A stretch of 63,519 nucleotides of DNA, filler included, from Chiloscyllium plagiosum (taxonomy: Eukaryota): assembly GCF_004010195.1 (NCBI RefSeq). It is 5 parts of one record of this genome, joined end to end, with 100 filler letters (N's around TTAATTAATTAA, not from the genome) between each part and the next. Parts side by side here need not be neighbours in the genome. Positions count along the whole stretch, not along the records: positions 1 to 26,710 come from NC_057713.1; positions 26,811 to 42,719 come from NC_057713.1; 3 more parts are not named here. The stretch is one strand, 5' to 3'. Position numbers and translations under genes: made by a program. This document shows, in pieces, positions 24,051 to 36,421 of the stretch (position 1 is the first letter of the stretch; each line of letters starts with the position of its first letter). A model generated the notes under the pieces. It was not told the origin of the DNA. It worked only from the letters and a program-made list of their open reading frames with translations, and did no database searches.

Positions 24051-24395
24051 AATCATAGAATCCCTCCATACAGAATGAGGCCATTTGGCCCATTGTGTCT
24101 GCACTGACCCTCCAAAGAGTCTCCCACCCAGACACTCATCCCAGCTCATGACCCCACTTAGGGATTTGGCTAAGCCCCTAACTTGCTTATCCTTAGACAC
24201 TATGGACAATCTAGCATGGCCAATTCACCTAACCTGCACATCTTTGGTCTCTGGGAGGAAACCGGAGCACCCAGCAGAAATCCACACAGACAAGAGGAGA
24301 ATGTGCAAATCCCATATAGACAGTCACCCAAAGCTGAAATCAAACCTAGATCTCTGACGCTGTGAGGCAGCAGTGCTAACCACTGGGCCAAATGC
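24051..24395 (-). mobile_element. HE1-related SINE
   Basis: tagcatggccaattcacctaacctgcacatctttgg...tgtgaggcagcagtgctaaccactg. Confidence 0.85.
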
Positions 24396-24439
24396 CCATC
24401 ATACCAAGTAACAGCTTTACCACTTCCATGTCCCTTACA

Positions 24440-24640
24440 TGACTCTCTCTTTCTATCTCTCTTTCTCTCTCTCAGGAGAAACCAGCCTCCAGAAAGGTAG
24501 AAAGAGTCAAGGCGGCTGGTATTCTGCCCAACATTCTTGCCGTCACCTCTTATGTGGAGGGAATTCTGACTCTGACTGCCCCGAGTGACTTGACTGATGA
24601 TGTCCAAACCCCTGCACTGGTATCAGAAGTTGCCCTTGCT
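24440..24640 (+). mobile_element. Probable Harbinger Myb-ORF second-exon relic
   Basis: (CT)n-CAG acceptor ending at 24475, then EKPASRKVERVKAAGILPNILAVTSYVEGILTL, similar to the recalled EK.AHN.RER.KTGGG.P.I..LT.FEE pattern. Confidence 0.45.
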
Positions 24641-25129
24641 TTAGTATGCCGAGAAAAAGCTTGACATGACTGAGGCCTGCTGACAGCTTTAACAAGCTGC
24701 CTTTCTGTCTACACTAAATGGCACAGTCAAGTCATTCTGACTGAAGGAGCAATGCATCCAACAAGAAAGAAAGACCATGCAAGGTAGGGATGCTCAGAGC
24801 ATCCAGGTAGGCTCAGAGTGAGTGAGTGCTATAACAACGAGCAAAGAGTCAGGAGATGCAGCCTGGTCCAATCCAGAAGCATGGTCTATTTCCCTGAGCA
24901 TACAGTGTCCTTGCTGCAGCAGCACAATAGTAGTTGCCATAGCAGCACTGAAGTGCAAAGGTATCTTATTAGTCGAGCAACGATGTGCCATCAGTGTTTT
25001 TAGCAGTGACACGTGTCACATGCCAATGTTCATGGAAGTGGGGTGTATGAGGATGGTTCCCATGAAGTTGGCTCTGTGACGTTAATACCCAGCATCCAGT
25101 ATAGAGATTCTTTTGATAAAACCTTAAGT

Positions 25130-25378
25130 TGTCTCAGGACTGTGATCTGAAAGAGGTTCTGAGATTACGTATTAATCAATTGAAACCTACATCCTCATTC
25201 TAAGTGATTAAAGACTTAATAGCAGTCTAGATTTGTTGAATACATCACATCGGTTATATGACACTTTGGTCTTTTACAATACGTTCTGTGTCCTATGATC
25301 CAACCCCACTAGCTGCCTCATGAAGGAGCAGAGTTTGGAAGCTTGTACTTCCAAATAAACCTGTTAGATGATAATCTT
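25130..25378 (+). mobile_element. PLE 3' end (family C)
   Basis: Shares blocks with 51560-51693 and ends in tcatgaaggagcag...aagcttgtacttccaaataaacctgtt. Confidence 0.6.
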
Positions 25379-26119
25379 TCATACAATGACAGGCCTGCAA
25401 TATTAATAGATTCATCTTATCTCCATCTTTAAAGGCGTATTTTATCTAGGTCTACTTTTAATCTTTGTATCTGTACTTTACTTAATAACTGCATTGCTTC
25501 TTTACTTAATAACTTGTGGAAAAACTTTTGTAATAAACTAACCTTTAGCTTGTTTGAAACTAACATTTTACGACTAGCTATTTTTAAATTGTTAACAATG
25601 TAAAAATCGAAAGGCTAACCGAGTTGTACAAATTTGCTGTTCATGGACAAGTCTATGAAAACTTCTGATGCGGTTGTAACAGCATTTCTGCGCCATGTCT
25701 CTGTGTACCATCTCTGTGTCACTATGGTTTACATTTTACTGAAAAACTATAGTATGTGGAAAGGCGTGTGACAAGGCTTCTGCAGAAGCACTGCCTCCTG
25801 ATGGCCTGTTCATTATAGAAATTGCATTAACATCTGGCTCTGTTAACTCCCAGCTCCTGTGGGTTGAAAGCAACCTTCTTCATGTTCAATCTGCTCAGAG
25901 TCCAACTACAGCTCTTTCTCCATGGTTACCTGTTGCTCCTCTTTCTCACAATAATGTAAAGTGCTTGGTATGATTCTCACCATAAACCATGAACTTTGCG
26001 AAATTTAAAAAGTGAAAATTTGGAAGTCCAATGCAAGGATTCGAGCTGAGGTTGAATCAAATGAATTGAACATATAGCATTGGAACTTCAGGCTACTAAA
26101 GACACTATAGGCTTGCTCT

Positions 26120-26295
26120 GTCATGAGAGAAAATGGCTGCTGGTGGTTTAACATCAGGATCACCACACTTCATCTAAGCGGAGAGGCTGAGACGGAGGGT
26201 CTGCATGGTAACCTCAACAGTACAGGAATTGAACCGAGACTATTGGCATCATTCTCCATTGGAAACTTAGCCATCCAGACACCTGAGCTAACTAA
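26120..26295 (-). mobile_element. Third tRNA-derived SINE family
   Basis: Reverse complement begins tagctcagg (A box) ... ggttcaattcc (B box), followed by a distinct body. Confidence 0.55.
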
Positions 26296-26398
26296 CCACA
26301 CCTGCCTAGTAATCAAATTTAATGAGGCTGCCATAGCTGATATTCAGGAATCTAGCAGAAAGGGACAGTAAATATAGGCCTGTTACCTCCCTCAAGCT

Positions 26399-26710
26399 GG
26401 GAGAAAGTGAGGACTGCAGATGCGAGAGATCAGAACTGAAAAATGTGTTGCTGGAAAAGCACAGCAGGTCAGGCAGCATCCAAGGAGTAGGAGAATCGAT
26501 GTTTCGGGCATAAGCCCTTCTTCAGCAATGAGGAAGGTGTGCCAAGCAGGCTAAGATAAAAGGTAGGGAGTAGGGACTTGGGGGAGGGGCGTTGGGAGTG
26601 TGATAGGTGGAAGGAGGTTAAGGTGAGGGTGATAGGCCGGAGAGGGGGTGGGGGCGGAGAGGTCAGGAAGAAGATTGCAGGTCAAGAAGGCGATGCTGAG
26701 TCTGAAGGTT
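26399..26710 (-). mobile_element. Neptune-type PLE 3' end (family A), cut by a gap
   Basis: Reverse complement of the 50200-50470 region. Confidence 0.85.
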
Positions 26711-26810
26711 NNNNNNNNNNNNNNNNNNNNNNNNNNNNNNNNNNNNNNNNNNNNTTAATTAATTAANNNNNNNNNNNNNNNNNNNNNNNNNNNNNNNNNN
26801 NNNNNNNNNN
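26711..26810. other. 100-bp assembly spacer (44N-TTAATTAATTAA-44N); also at 42720-42819, 49660-49759 and 61016-61115
   Basis: Identical structure four times; the 12-mer gives stops in all six frames. Confidence 0.95.
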
Positions 26811-27483
26811 GCAGAGGGATCTTGGTGTCCATGTGCACAAATCTTTGAAAGTTGCCACCCAGGTAAATAGTGTGGTGAAGAAGGCATATGGCGTACTGGC
26901 TTTTATTGGTAGAGGAATTGAGTTCCTGAGTACTGAGGTCATGTTGCAGTTGTATAAGATTCTGGTGCGGCCGCATCTGGAGTATTGTGTGCAGTTTTGG
27001 TCGCCATACTATAGGAAGGATGTGGAGGCACTGGAACGGGTGCACAGGATGTTGCCTGGTATGGTAGGAAGATCGTATGAGGAAAGGCTGAGGCACTTGG
27101 GGTTGTTTTCATTGGAGAAAAGAAGGTTTAGGGGTGACTTGATAGAGGTGTACAAGATTATTAGGGGTTTAGATAGGGTTGACTGTGAGAACCTTTTTCC
27201 ACGTATGGAGTCAGCTATTACGAGGGGGCATAGCTTTAAATTAAGGAATGCTAGGTATAGGACAGATGTTAGGGGTAGGTTCTCTACTCAGCGAGTCGTG
27301 AGTTCATGGAATGCCCTGCCAGTAGCAGTGGTGGACTCTCCCTCATTATGGGCATTTAAGCGGGCATTGGATAGGCATATGGAGGATAGTGAGCTAGTGT
27401 AGGTTAGGTGGGCTTGGATCGGCACAACATCGAGGGCCAAAGGGCCTGTACTGCGCTGTATTCTTCTATGTTCTATGTTCTAT
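26811..27483 (+). mobile_element. CR1/HER1 LINE 3' end
   Basis: ORF 26833..27402 (LVRPHLEYCVQFWSP...RGDLIEVYKI...WNALP) and (TTCTATG)n tail. Confidence 0.92.
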
Positions 27484-27889
27484 CAAATAGCTTCCATGTA
27501 ACAGAGCAGCTATACCTCAAAAATTAATTTGTCTGCACTTTCCATCACTGTGTTCATTCTTCTCACTTCAAGTTTCCTTCACTCCCTGCTACTCTATCAT
27601 TGACAGCCACATTATCTTGACAGCCACATACTCAATCCCCAGTATACACTTCGAAAGTCTGTCCTCAATATTTTCCTCCTCCTACCAAATCAAGAGAGTA
27701 TTCACTTTGTCTTTGATCTTTCTCTTTTCTCCTTAAGCTCAGCTTTTACAATTTTGCCTTCCTAATGTCAAATGTGCAAATGCAATGTTATCATAGTTGG
27801 ACCAGAACAAGGTGGTAATACATCCCTGATATATCACTCCATAACTTGTCACAGTCCCTCCACTGCATTAGTATTTTCTGACTGACTCT

Positions 27890-28712
27890 CTGGCATTCAA
27901 GTTTGAATGAATAACTATGTCCACCAATTAAATATCAATAAGTCTAACGAAGCCTCCATCTTTAGTGTCTCAAACTCAACACCCCTGTCACTGATTCCAA
28001 ATCTCTCCAGTAGTAGTGACTCAGACCAATCATTGATGTCACACTCGACCACGAAATGAACTTCCACAATCATATTCATGCCATCACCAAGCCTACCTAT
28101 TTGTACCTTCATAACATCCATCTAACGTTTTTAGCCTGTCTACTACTGAAACCCAGATTCAGGTCTTCAGTACCACCTCATTAGACTTTTTCAATACATT
28201 CTTTCCAGTCTCCCACATTCTGCTCTCAAGAAACTTGAGACTATCCAAAACTTTGTCCTCTATGTCTTAACAGTCCCTTCTCACCACTTCCTTGCTGAAA
28301 TACATTGACTCCGAAACAAGCAATATCTTGATTTTAAAATTGTCACCCTTTTTTCAAATCCCTCTTTAGCCTTGCCCCTCCATATCCCAGTAATTTCTTT
28401 TAGACTTGAGATATCTGCATTTCTCTACTGTACTCTTATGTATCTCCAACTTTAATCGCTCCATAATTAGTGGGCATGCCTTCAGTTGCATAGATCCAAA
28501 GTTCTAAAATACACTCACTGCACCTCTTAACCCTATTTTTCTTCTTTACAACACTCATTAAAACCTATGCATTTGACCAAGCTTTTAGTAATTTGACCTA
28601 ATATTCCCTCAGGTGGCTCAGAGTCTTCCTTTCCTTTATAAGGCTTCTGAGACATTTTCATATGTTGAAGGTGATATATAATTGTAACTTGTTTTTATGT
28701 TGGTGTTGTTGT
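27890..28712 (+). mobile_element. Decayed L2 LINE 3' end
   Basis: HIHAITK, KLETIQN and DFKI-like segments, plus an L2-type tail (gagacattttcatatgttgaaggtgatatataa...gttgttgttg). Confidence 0.65.
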
Positions 28713-28793
28713 TGAACTAAACTATTCACAATTTCACCATCCTGTTCTACTCTAAACTGAATTTCTGACCCGTTTTCCCTTTTTATTTTACAG

Positions 28794-28915
28794 GTGGTGT
28801 AAAGTGTCCAGTATGCAGTTTTGTTTATGGTACCAAATGGGAGCTCAACAGACACTTGAAAAACAAACATGGACTGAAGATTGTGGGCAGCATAGAAGGG
28901 GAAGCCATAGAACAG
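28794..28915 (+). CDS. ZFAT: ZFAT internal coding exon, last C2H2 zinc finger
   Basis: Pyrimidine tract plus CAG acceptor (28791-28793) and GT donor at 28916. The 122 nt (phase 1 to 0) translate as GVKCPVCSFVYGTKWELNRHLKNKHGLKIVGSIEGEAIEQ, matching recalled human ZFAT GLKCPVCSFVYGTKWEFNRHLKNKHGLK. Confidence 0.95.
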
Positions 28916-30281
28916 GTACCTAATTCTTTTTCAAAAGGTGTTAAATTTTACAGGAGTGCAGTTCCAGATGATGCCAGCTCAACACTGCATTTAACTAATT
29001 AGAGTTGGGGAGAGGGGTTCAGATGAAGGAATATGTAGGCTATAAAGCAAAAACAAAGTCAGCACTGCAGAAGCAAGTAGTTTGATAGTTCTGCATGGAG
29101 TTGCACAGGAAGGGACAAAGTGTACAGGCATTTAAAAAGAGCAGCAGCTTGGTCATCAGTGGCATAAAATGTTAAAAAGGTCAAATTAACGGCACTTTAC
29201 TTGAATGTATATAATGTTTGGAACATAATAAATGAATTGACAGCATCAATAGAAGATGATGGATGTTATCTTATAGATGTTACAGAGACTTGGTTACAAG
29301 GAGATCAAAGCTGGGAACTAAATATTCAAAGGTACATAAACTTTTGCAAATGCTGGCAAGGAGTCTGCTGGGGTGGCCTTGTTAGTATGGGAGCAAGTAG
29401 CAAGTATAGTAGCAAGAAATAATCTTGAATCGGATGATTATAGAATCCACGTGCGTGGACGTAAGAAATAACAAGGGGAAGAAGACACCAGTGAGAATAA
29501 TTTGTAGGTTTCTTAGGCTGTGCTATAGGACAGAGAATAAATAAGGATATAAAAGGGCATTTTAAAAAGGCAGCACATTAACCATTGGTGACTTTAATTT
29601 TCATGTAGATTGGGAAATCAAATTAGCAGAGGCAGCCATATGGAAACATTGATTAAGTATATTGAAAATTGTTTTCTAGAACAAAATGTTGTGGATTCAA
29701 ACAAGGATCAGGCTATTTTGGAGGTGCTGCTTTATAAAGAGGGAGGATTCAAACAATTGCAGTGTAAAAGATCTCCCTTGTAGTTTGAGGCTGGGGAAAT
29801 AAGTGTAGAAAACCAGGAAATAGCAGAACTATGAATTAATACTTTGCATCAATTTTTACATAAATAGCATTCTAAAAATACTACATAATCAGGGGCAGGT
29901 GGTGCTGGTATAGCATAAAATACGAGGAAAGCTCATGAACTGGGCTAATAATTCCCCAGGATTTGATCAGCGGTATCTTAGAGTTTTAAAGCATATAGCT
30001 ACAGAGCTAGTGGATGCACTGATTTTAATCTTCCAATAATCCTTAGATTCAGGAAATGTCCTAGATGATTGAATGACTGCTAATCTAACACCCTTATTCA
30101 AAAAGGAAGGAAGACGTAAGCTAACTGTAGATCAATTAACTTAAAATCTGTTATTGGGAAAATGGTAGAGTTTATTATAAAGGATGTAATTACTAAAAAT
30201 TTAGAAATACATAATATAATCAATCAAAGTCACCATGGCTTTGTTAAGGGGAAATCATGCCTCACAAATTTGTTTGAGTTG

Positions 30282-30911
30282 TGTCACAAAGCTAGTCCCT
30301 TTTTTTTCTAAAAGCAGTTCCTTGGCTCAAGGAAACCTATCCTTGGTTTTTTTCAGAGGGGCAATAAACTGGGCCAAACTCCGATCAGTCTGGTTTGGTA
30401 CAGAGATGAAAAGGATTTTGAGAGGCCTTTTGTTTATATGTAAACAGATGAGACTTCAAGCTAAAATGGTCATGCTTTAGAAGTGACCTGTATACAGAGA
30501 GGGGAGTGGTTAGTTCTCTAGCTGAGCTGAGCTGAGCAGTTTTTAGTTCATTCTTGAACTGGGAGGTTCAACAGGGAACTGTGGAAATTCTCTCTCTTTT
30601 CTGTCCTTCAACTTCAACCTGTAAGCATGTGTTCGATTTATACTGGGTTTTAAAGGAGTTTGCTTATTGGGAGTGTTATGTATATTCACAACAGCACAAT
30701 TAAGTCTAGATTGGATAGGTTGAGTTCTGTAGGGGCTCTTTATTCTGTTCTTAGTGTTTCATTGTGTAATTTTGTGAATACATTTTTGTCTGTTTTAAAA
30801 TCTAGTAGTCAACCTAGCTATCTTACTCCAGGTAATTTTCAGTGTACACTTACCGAAGCAGTCTGGAGCTGCCTGCTTAATGTTTTGAGTGGTCTGGCCT
30901 AGTCCATCACA
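30282..30911 (+). mobile_element. Solo LTR (630 bp), probably Gypsy-type or ERV; strand tentative
   Basis: TGT...ACA ends and 4-bp TSD GTTG (30278-30281, 30912-30915). It splits the CR1 RT between SCLTNLFE and VDK...IYLDF. Confidence 0.85.
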
Positions 30912-31054
30912 GTTGTTAACAAGCAAAGTAGATAAAGTGGAATGAGTAGGTGTAATATATTTGGATTTCCAAAAGGTGTTTAATAAGTTGCCACGTGTAT
31001 GGTTAGTTAATTAGATAAGAGCTCATGGTTTTGGGCTAGTATATTAGTATTAGG

Positions 31055-31258
31055 ATTAATTTGACTTATACTTGTCACATATACCAAGATATAATGAAAA
31101 GTGTTGTTTTGCATACTCTACAGGTAGATTATACCATAAAAAAAGTCTCAGTTAGCAGAACAGAATACAGTGTTGCAGCCAAAAAGAGGGTGCAAAGAGA
31201 GGGATCAACATTAACATTTGAGAAGTTCATTCAAAAATCTGATAACAATGGGAAAAAT
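31055..31258 (-). mobile_element. Rex-Babar-like 3' tail fragment
   Basis: Similar to 48415-48600. Confidence 0.5.
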
Positions 31259-31297
31259 TGAGTAATTAATAGAAGACAGAGTTTGGAAAAAGGTGAC

Positions 31298-31602
31298 TTT
31301 TTTTATTCATCGGATGAGAACATCATTGGCTAGGCCAGGGAGGGCAGTTAAGAGTCAACCATATTGCTGTAGGTCTGGAGTCACATGTATGCCAGTTTCT
31401 CTCCCTGAACGGCATTAGTGAACAAGGTGGGTTTTTTTTCCAACAATCAATTCATGGTCATCATGGACTCTTAATTCCAGATTTTTGTTGAATTCAAATT
31501 CCACAATGTACCATGGCAGGATTCGAATCTGGCTCCCCAGAACATGACCTGGGTCTCTGGATCAACAGTCTAGCAATAATATAACTAAGCCATTGCCTCC
31601 CC
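31298..31602 (-). mobile_element. Second tRNA-derived SINE family, near full length
   Basis: Reverse complement starts gggaggcaatggcttagt...gattcgaatcc (A/B boxes) and ends with a CR1-type gatgaataaaaaaa tail. Confidence 0.75.
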
Positions 31603-31669
31603 ATACGCTTTTAGTATGGTAATCTATACCTAGTGGAATGCCATAGGAATCAGTGATAGGGCCATCATT

Positions 31670-31699
31670 TTATATATATATATATATATATTATATATA
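31670..31699. repeat. (TA)n microsatellite
   Basis: Directly visible. Confidence 0.9.
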
Positions 31700-32820
31700 G
31701 TTTGGTGATGGAAATATATGTATCATCACCAATTTTGTGAACGATACAAAAATAGGTGGGAAGGCAAATGGTAAGAATGATGCAAGGAATTTGCAGAAGG
31801 ATATCGACAGGTCAAGCATTAGGGAAAAACCTGGTAGATGGAATACAATGTGGTAAAATGTGAGATTATGCACTTTGGCAGGAAGAATAGAAGAGTTAAG
31901 TATTATTTAAATGGTGGGAAAATCGCAGAAAGCTATCGCACAGAGGGGATGGGAAGGAGGTCCTGGTGCATGAACCATAGCTAGCATACAGGTTCACCAT
32001 ATGATAGGAAAGGTAAATGGACTGTTGGCCTTTATTTCAAAGGGGAAAAAATTAAAAAGGTCTTGCTAAAACTATACAGAGCACTAGTCAGACAGCATTT
32101 GGAATACTGTGAATATTTCTGATCTAAGGTAAGATGTACTACTGCTCCTACTTTTTATACTGTTAACCTGCAGCCCTTCTTCATATGTATTTTAATGTCA
32201 AAGGACATAAAGTGCTAAACAATAGTTATTAAAGATTAAAGTTAACCTAATTTAATCTAGCATCAGCAACATTCAATCCATTAGGAGTCACTGCATAGGA
32301 ATCAGCAGAAGTCACTCCTAACCAGGTGTAGTACTGCTCTTATTGACCTTACTGAGATTAGTTGACTCAACATTGATTCTGATTGTGTATAGCATTTTAT
32401 AACTCATTATCATGAGTTATTTTAGATTTAATAATTGAGCCATTAGAGATGCAGCAGACACTCTAATACAAGATTCCCATGTTATCTATATTGGATTTAG
32501 AATTGTCAAGTTTGTTCAGTGAAACAACCACAATTATAAAACTTATTTTCCGACAGTCCACGTAAATTGTCGCACTTAAATTCAAAAAGTGATCTCATGC
32601 TTAAAAATGTTGGTGATCAATGATCTAACAATTATAATTGGAGCGTACAAGAGTTCAAAATTAGAGAGGCACTGATATCTCAAATCATGTCTACAGGTGA
32701 TTATAGAGATGAGGAAGGAAAACCATGGAAGGACTTGATTATAGAAATGAAAATTTTACTCAATGTATTACTTGAGCAGGTACTAATGGAAGTAGGCAAG
32801 CAACAGGGAAATGGGGATTT

Positions 32821-32906
32821 AGATCAGAGTGGTGCTGGAAAAGCAAAGCAGGTCAGGCAGCATCCGAGGAGCAGGACGTTTCTGGCAAAAGCCCTTCATC
32901 AGGAAT
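32821..32906 (-). mobile_element. PLE terminal repeat (family A)
   Basis: agatcagagtggtgctggaaaagc...gcccttcatcaggaat. Confidence 0.8.
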
Positions 32907-33064
32907 ACAGGGAAATGGGGTTTACTCTAAAAATTCATTCATGATATATGGACTACACTGGCTGGAGAAGCATTTATTGCCCATCCATATTTGCCCTTGA
33001 GAAGATGGTAGTGAACTGCTTTCTTCAACATTGTAATCCAAGTTAATGTTTCATCAGAACCAGA

Positions 33065-33178
33065 CTCTAATCATTAAATCTGTTTTTCTCTCCACAGATG
33101 CTGCTGGATCTGTTGAGTTTCTCCAGTACTTTCTGTTTTTGTTTCAGATCTCCAGCACCTGCAGTGTTTTCTTTTATT
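33065..33178 (+). mobile_element. PLE terminal repeat (family D)
   Basis: ctctccacagatgctgctggatctgttgagtttctccag...tcagatctccagcacctgcag. Confidence 0.6.
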
Positions 33179-34299
33179 GATCATTAACATGTCTGGTCAA
33201 CCCATCAGTACTGCTGTTTGGTTTTCAATAATTTGAAAATGTAAAATGTGCTTGTGCACAGTATCATAAGTTGTTGGGGGAGTAATAGGTCAAAAAAGAG
33301 AGTCAATTAACTAAAAAAGGAAATACAAAATGTATTAACAAATACTCTAGTTTGTGTTTTTTTTTACAAATAATATTTAATTAAACAACAAAGTTCATCC
33401 AGGCCATTCAACCAAGGTGAAATGGTAATTATGCTGTAAATTCAAATCATGGGAAGTGATAGAGAATGTAAAGACAGAAACAAGATAATGTACCATCAAT
33501 TACCATCTAAAACAACTGTACTAATTTGTACTATTTTGAAGAAGTAACAAAAGCAGAGACACCTGAGAGTTCACTTTTACAAATCCTTCCGGGCATCAGG
33601 GTAGCTAGGTAAGACAGTTAATATTTGGGTTACTTAGCTTTATAATGTGAATACCAACGCATGCAAATTACTAAAACTTTACAGACCACTGGTTAACTGC
33701 AATATTGTGTACAATTCTGAACACTATCGTTTAGGAAGGATGTCAAAGTTCTAGAGAAGGTATAGAGGAGGTTAGTTTGAATTATGCCAAGGTGAGAGAT
33801 ATTCAAAGATTGAAGAAATTAAGATGGTTTTCTTTAGTGAGTGAAGATTAATTGGAAACGTAATTCAGATACTCAAAATTATGCAAACTTTCTCTTACTC
33901 TTAATATTCTGATAAACATCTTTGGATACTGCTCAATTTTATTGAATAATATATTTCTCAGTGCTGACTACATCATCTGCAGATGTCCAACCTTCCCCAT
34001 AATCAGTCCCAATGGTTCATAAATCTGATGTTCACCCTCCTACTCCAGCTTTCCAGTGATGTATTCAATCACTCAGTTCTCCTGTTTCTAAGCTCAGTAA
34101 CACTTTGGATTGGGAGCAATCCTGAGCTTTGTCTTTTAAAGTCCTGCTTTACAAACTTCTTCACAGTTCACTGAAATCTGCTTTCAGAGCCTCATCCCCA
34201 TTCCTGATGAAATCATTTGTACCAAAATGGAGGCTGATCACCTACCCCCAAAAGACTATCCTGCAGCAGCTCCTTTACTCTGGCACTAGGGAGGCAACA

Positions 34300-35180
34300 T
34301 CACAGAATCAGAATCACAGTATTAATACGGTAAAATGGAGGTCAATCATCCGAGCGCGCTTGCACTGCCTCTATTATCTATTGATATCTCCTGCCTTTTT
34401 CCTATAACCTTGCTCACCCTTAATATCCAGATAATCATCCAATGCCCCCTTGAATGCCTCAATTGAACCTGCCCCTGCTTCATTTCCAGGCAGTGAATTC
34501 AACAGCTCAGTGTAAAACAGTTTTCCTTCTCACATCGCCCTTCATTTGCACATCACATTTTGGACTTATTTCTTCTTAGCAGGAACAGCTTCTCCCTATT
34601 TGCTTTATCCAGCCAGCTCAGCCTCAATCAGATTTCCTCTCAACTTTCTTCTCTACAATGAGAACAGTCCCAACTTCTTCAATCTGCTTCCTCATCTGAA
34701 TTTTCCCTTACCGGGAACCATTCTAGTAAATTGCTTCTGTGCTCTCTCCAATGCATTCAGTTTTTTTTCCCATAATGTGACACCTACGGTGCACACAAAA
34801 CCCCCAGGTAAGGTCTAACAATTACCTTGGACAAGTTCAACATCACCTCCTTACTCTTGAACTCTATGCCCTTATGCTCCAAAGCCAAGAGCACTCTATG
34901 TTTTCTGCTCTCATCACCTGTCCTGCCACCTTCAATGATCTGCTCCTGCACTTCCTTTAGAATTGTATACCTTATCTTATTCTGTCTTTCAGTGTTCTTC
35001 AGACCAAAGTGCCTCACCTCAAATTCCCCTTCATTGAACTCAACTGCCACCTGTCAGCCCACTCAACTCTATCAACTTGGCCTTTTGGAACTCCACACTG
35101 TGCTTATCATAGTTTACATTTCTTCCAAGTTTAATGTCATCTACAAACTTGCAAATTGCCCCTTGTATACCAGGATCCAG
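34300..35180 (-). mobile_element. CR1 3' fragment
   Basis: ORF 34784..35050(-) EFNEGEFEVRHFG...VRPYLG. Confidence 0.75.
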
Positions 35181-36028
35181 ATTATTATATATTGTAATTT
35201 ATACTCCTCTATATATTTTTTTTTAAAAACACCACCATCCTGGAGTCAAGCTGACAACTCCAAAAACATCTGTCTGATCCCCTGACTATGGAATCACCTA
35301 TGGCTATTGCTCTTTCATTCTTTTTGCTTCCTCACTGTCCAGTTCAGCTACCTGTGGTACTACCAACTTGGACCTGGCTGCACTCTCCTGGGGAACCATT
35401 GCCCTCACCAATGTCCAAAATAGAATATCAGTTAGCATGCATGATAGACTCAGGGAGTCCTACCTGGTTCTCTTAGCCTTCTGCCATTCCCTTGCTGCCT
35501 ATACACCTCTAACTTGAGATATCATTATATCCCTAAAGGTGCAACCTATGTAGTCCTCTGCCTCATGGATACGCAACATTGACTTGAGCCACTACTCAAG
35601 TTCCAGTGACACTTCCTGCAAATGATTTATTCAGGGATACATAATGCTTCAACAACCTCACACAGACCATGGATTGTTCACTCCACTTGACTGAACTGAA
35701 CTGCCATCCTATAACTTTACAAAGTTTTTATTGCAATTAGAATAGTAGAAAAGCTTTCCAGTACTCACAATTAACTTCTTTCCCTTTACTGAAATAAGAA
35801 CCAAGACTAGGAGGCAGCTCTTCATATAGACCCTCCTCATGTCCTGTTTTCAGTGTGCTCCCCTGCTGCATTGTTTTCCAGTTCTCAGAACACACCCCTC
35901 TCCGGGTGATGTTGATTACCCATCTTGGAGTTCTCCCTTGCCCAATCCTCTCTCTACATTGCTATAGGTGTGACCACATATACATCAGACCTAGTAAGGA
36001 CAGCAGATTTAATTTCCAAATGGACACT

Positions 36029-36421
36029 AATGAACCACCTATATTTTTATGGAAATCTGGTACTTACATGATCACCAATAATGACACTAGCTTTTTGTTC
36101 CTGATTTGTTATTAACTGATTTTTTTTTAAAAATCCAATTACCATGATGAAATTGGAGCAATTTAAGTTATGAGTTAGAATATTTTCCAGCTTTGACCAA
36201 GTAGCTGATGGGATAGAGAGCACAAATGAACCACCTATATTTTTATGGAAATCTGGTAACTTACATGATCACCAATAATGACACTAGCTTTTTGTTCCTG
36301 ATTTGTTATTAACTGATTTTTTTAAAAAAATCCAATTACCATGATGAAATTGGAGCAATTTAAGTTATGAGTTAGAATATTTTCCAGCTTTGACCAAGTA
36401 GCTGATGGGATAGAGAGCACA
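36029..36421. repeat. Near-perfect tandem duplication, unit about 196 bp
   Basis: 36029-36224 versus 36225-36421 differ only at a one-base indel and a T/A homopolymer boundary. Confidence 0.95.

Larger units (their letters stand above)
29170..32150 (+). mobile_element. Old fragmented CR1 ORF2 hosting several insertions
   Basis: VTETWLQG, GDFNF, HGFVKGKSCLTNL, IYLDFQKVFNK and NFVNDTKIGG motifs occur in colinear order. Confidence 0.8.

Noticed and set aside
26755..26766. TTAATTAATTAA palindrome as a biological motif; ORFs ending in LIN
   Set aside because: Always centred in exactly 44N+44N, so it is an assembly linker.
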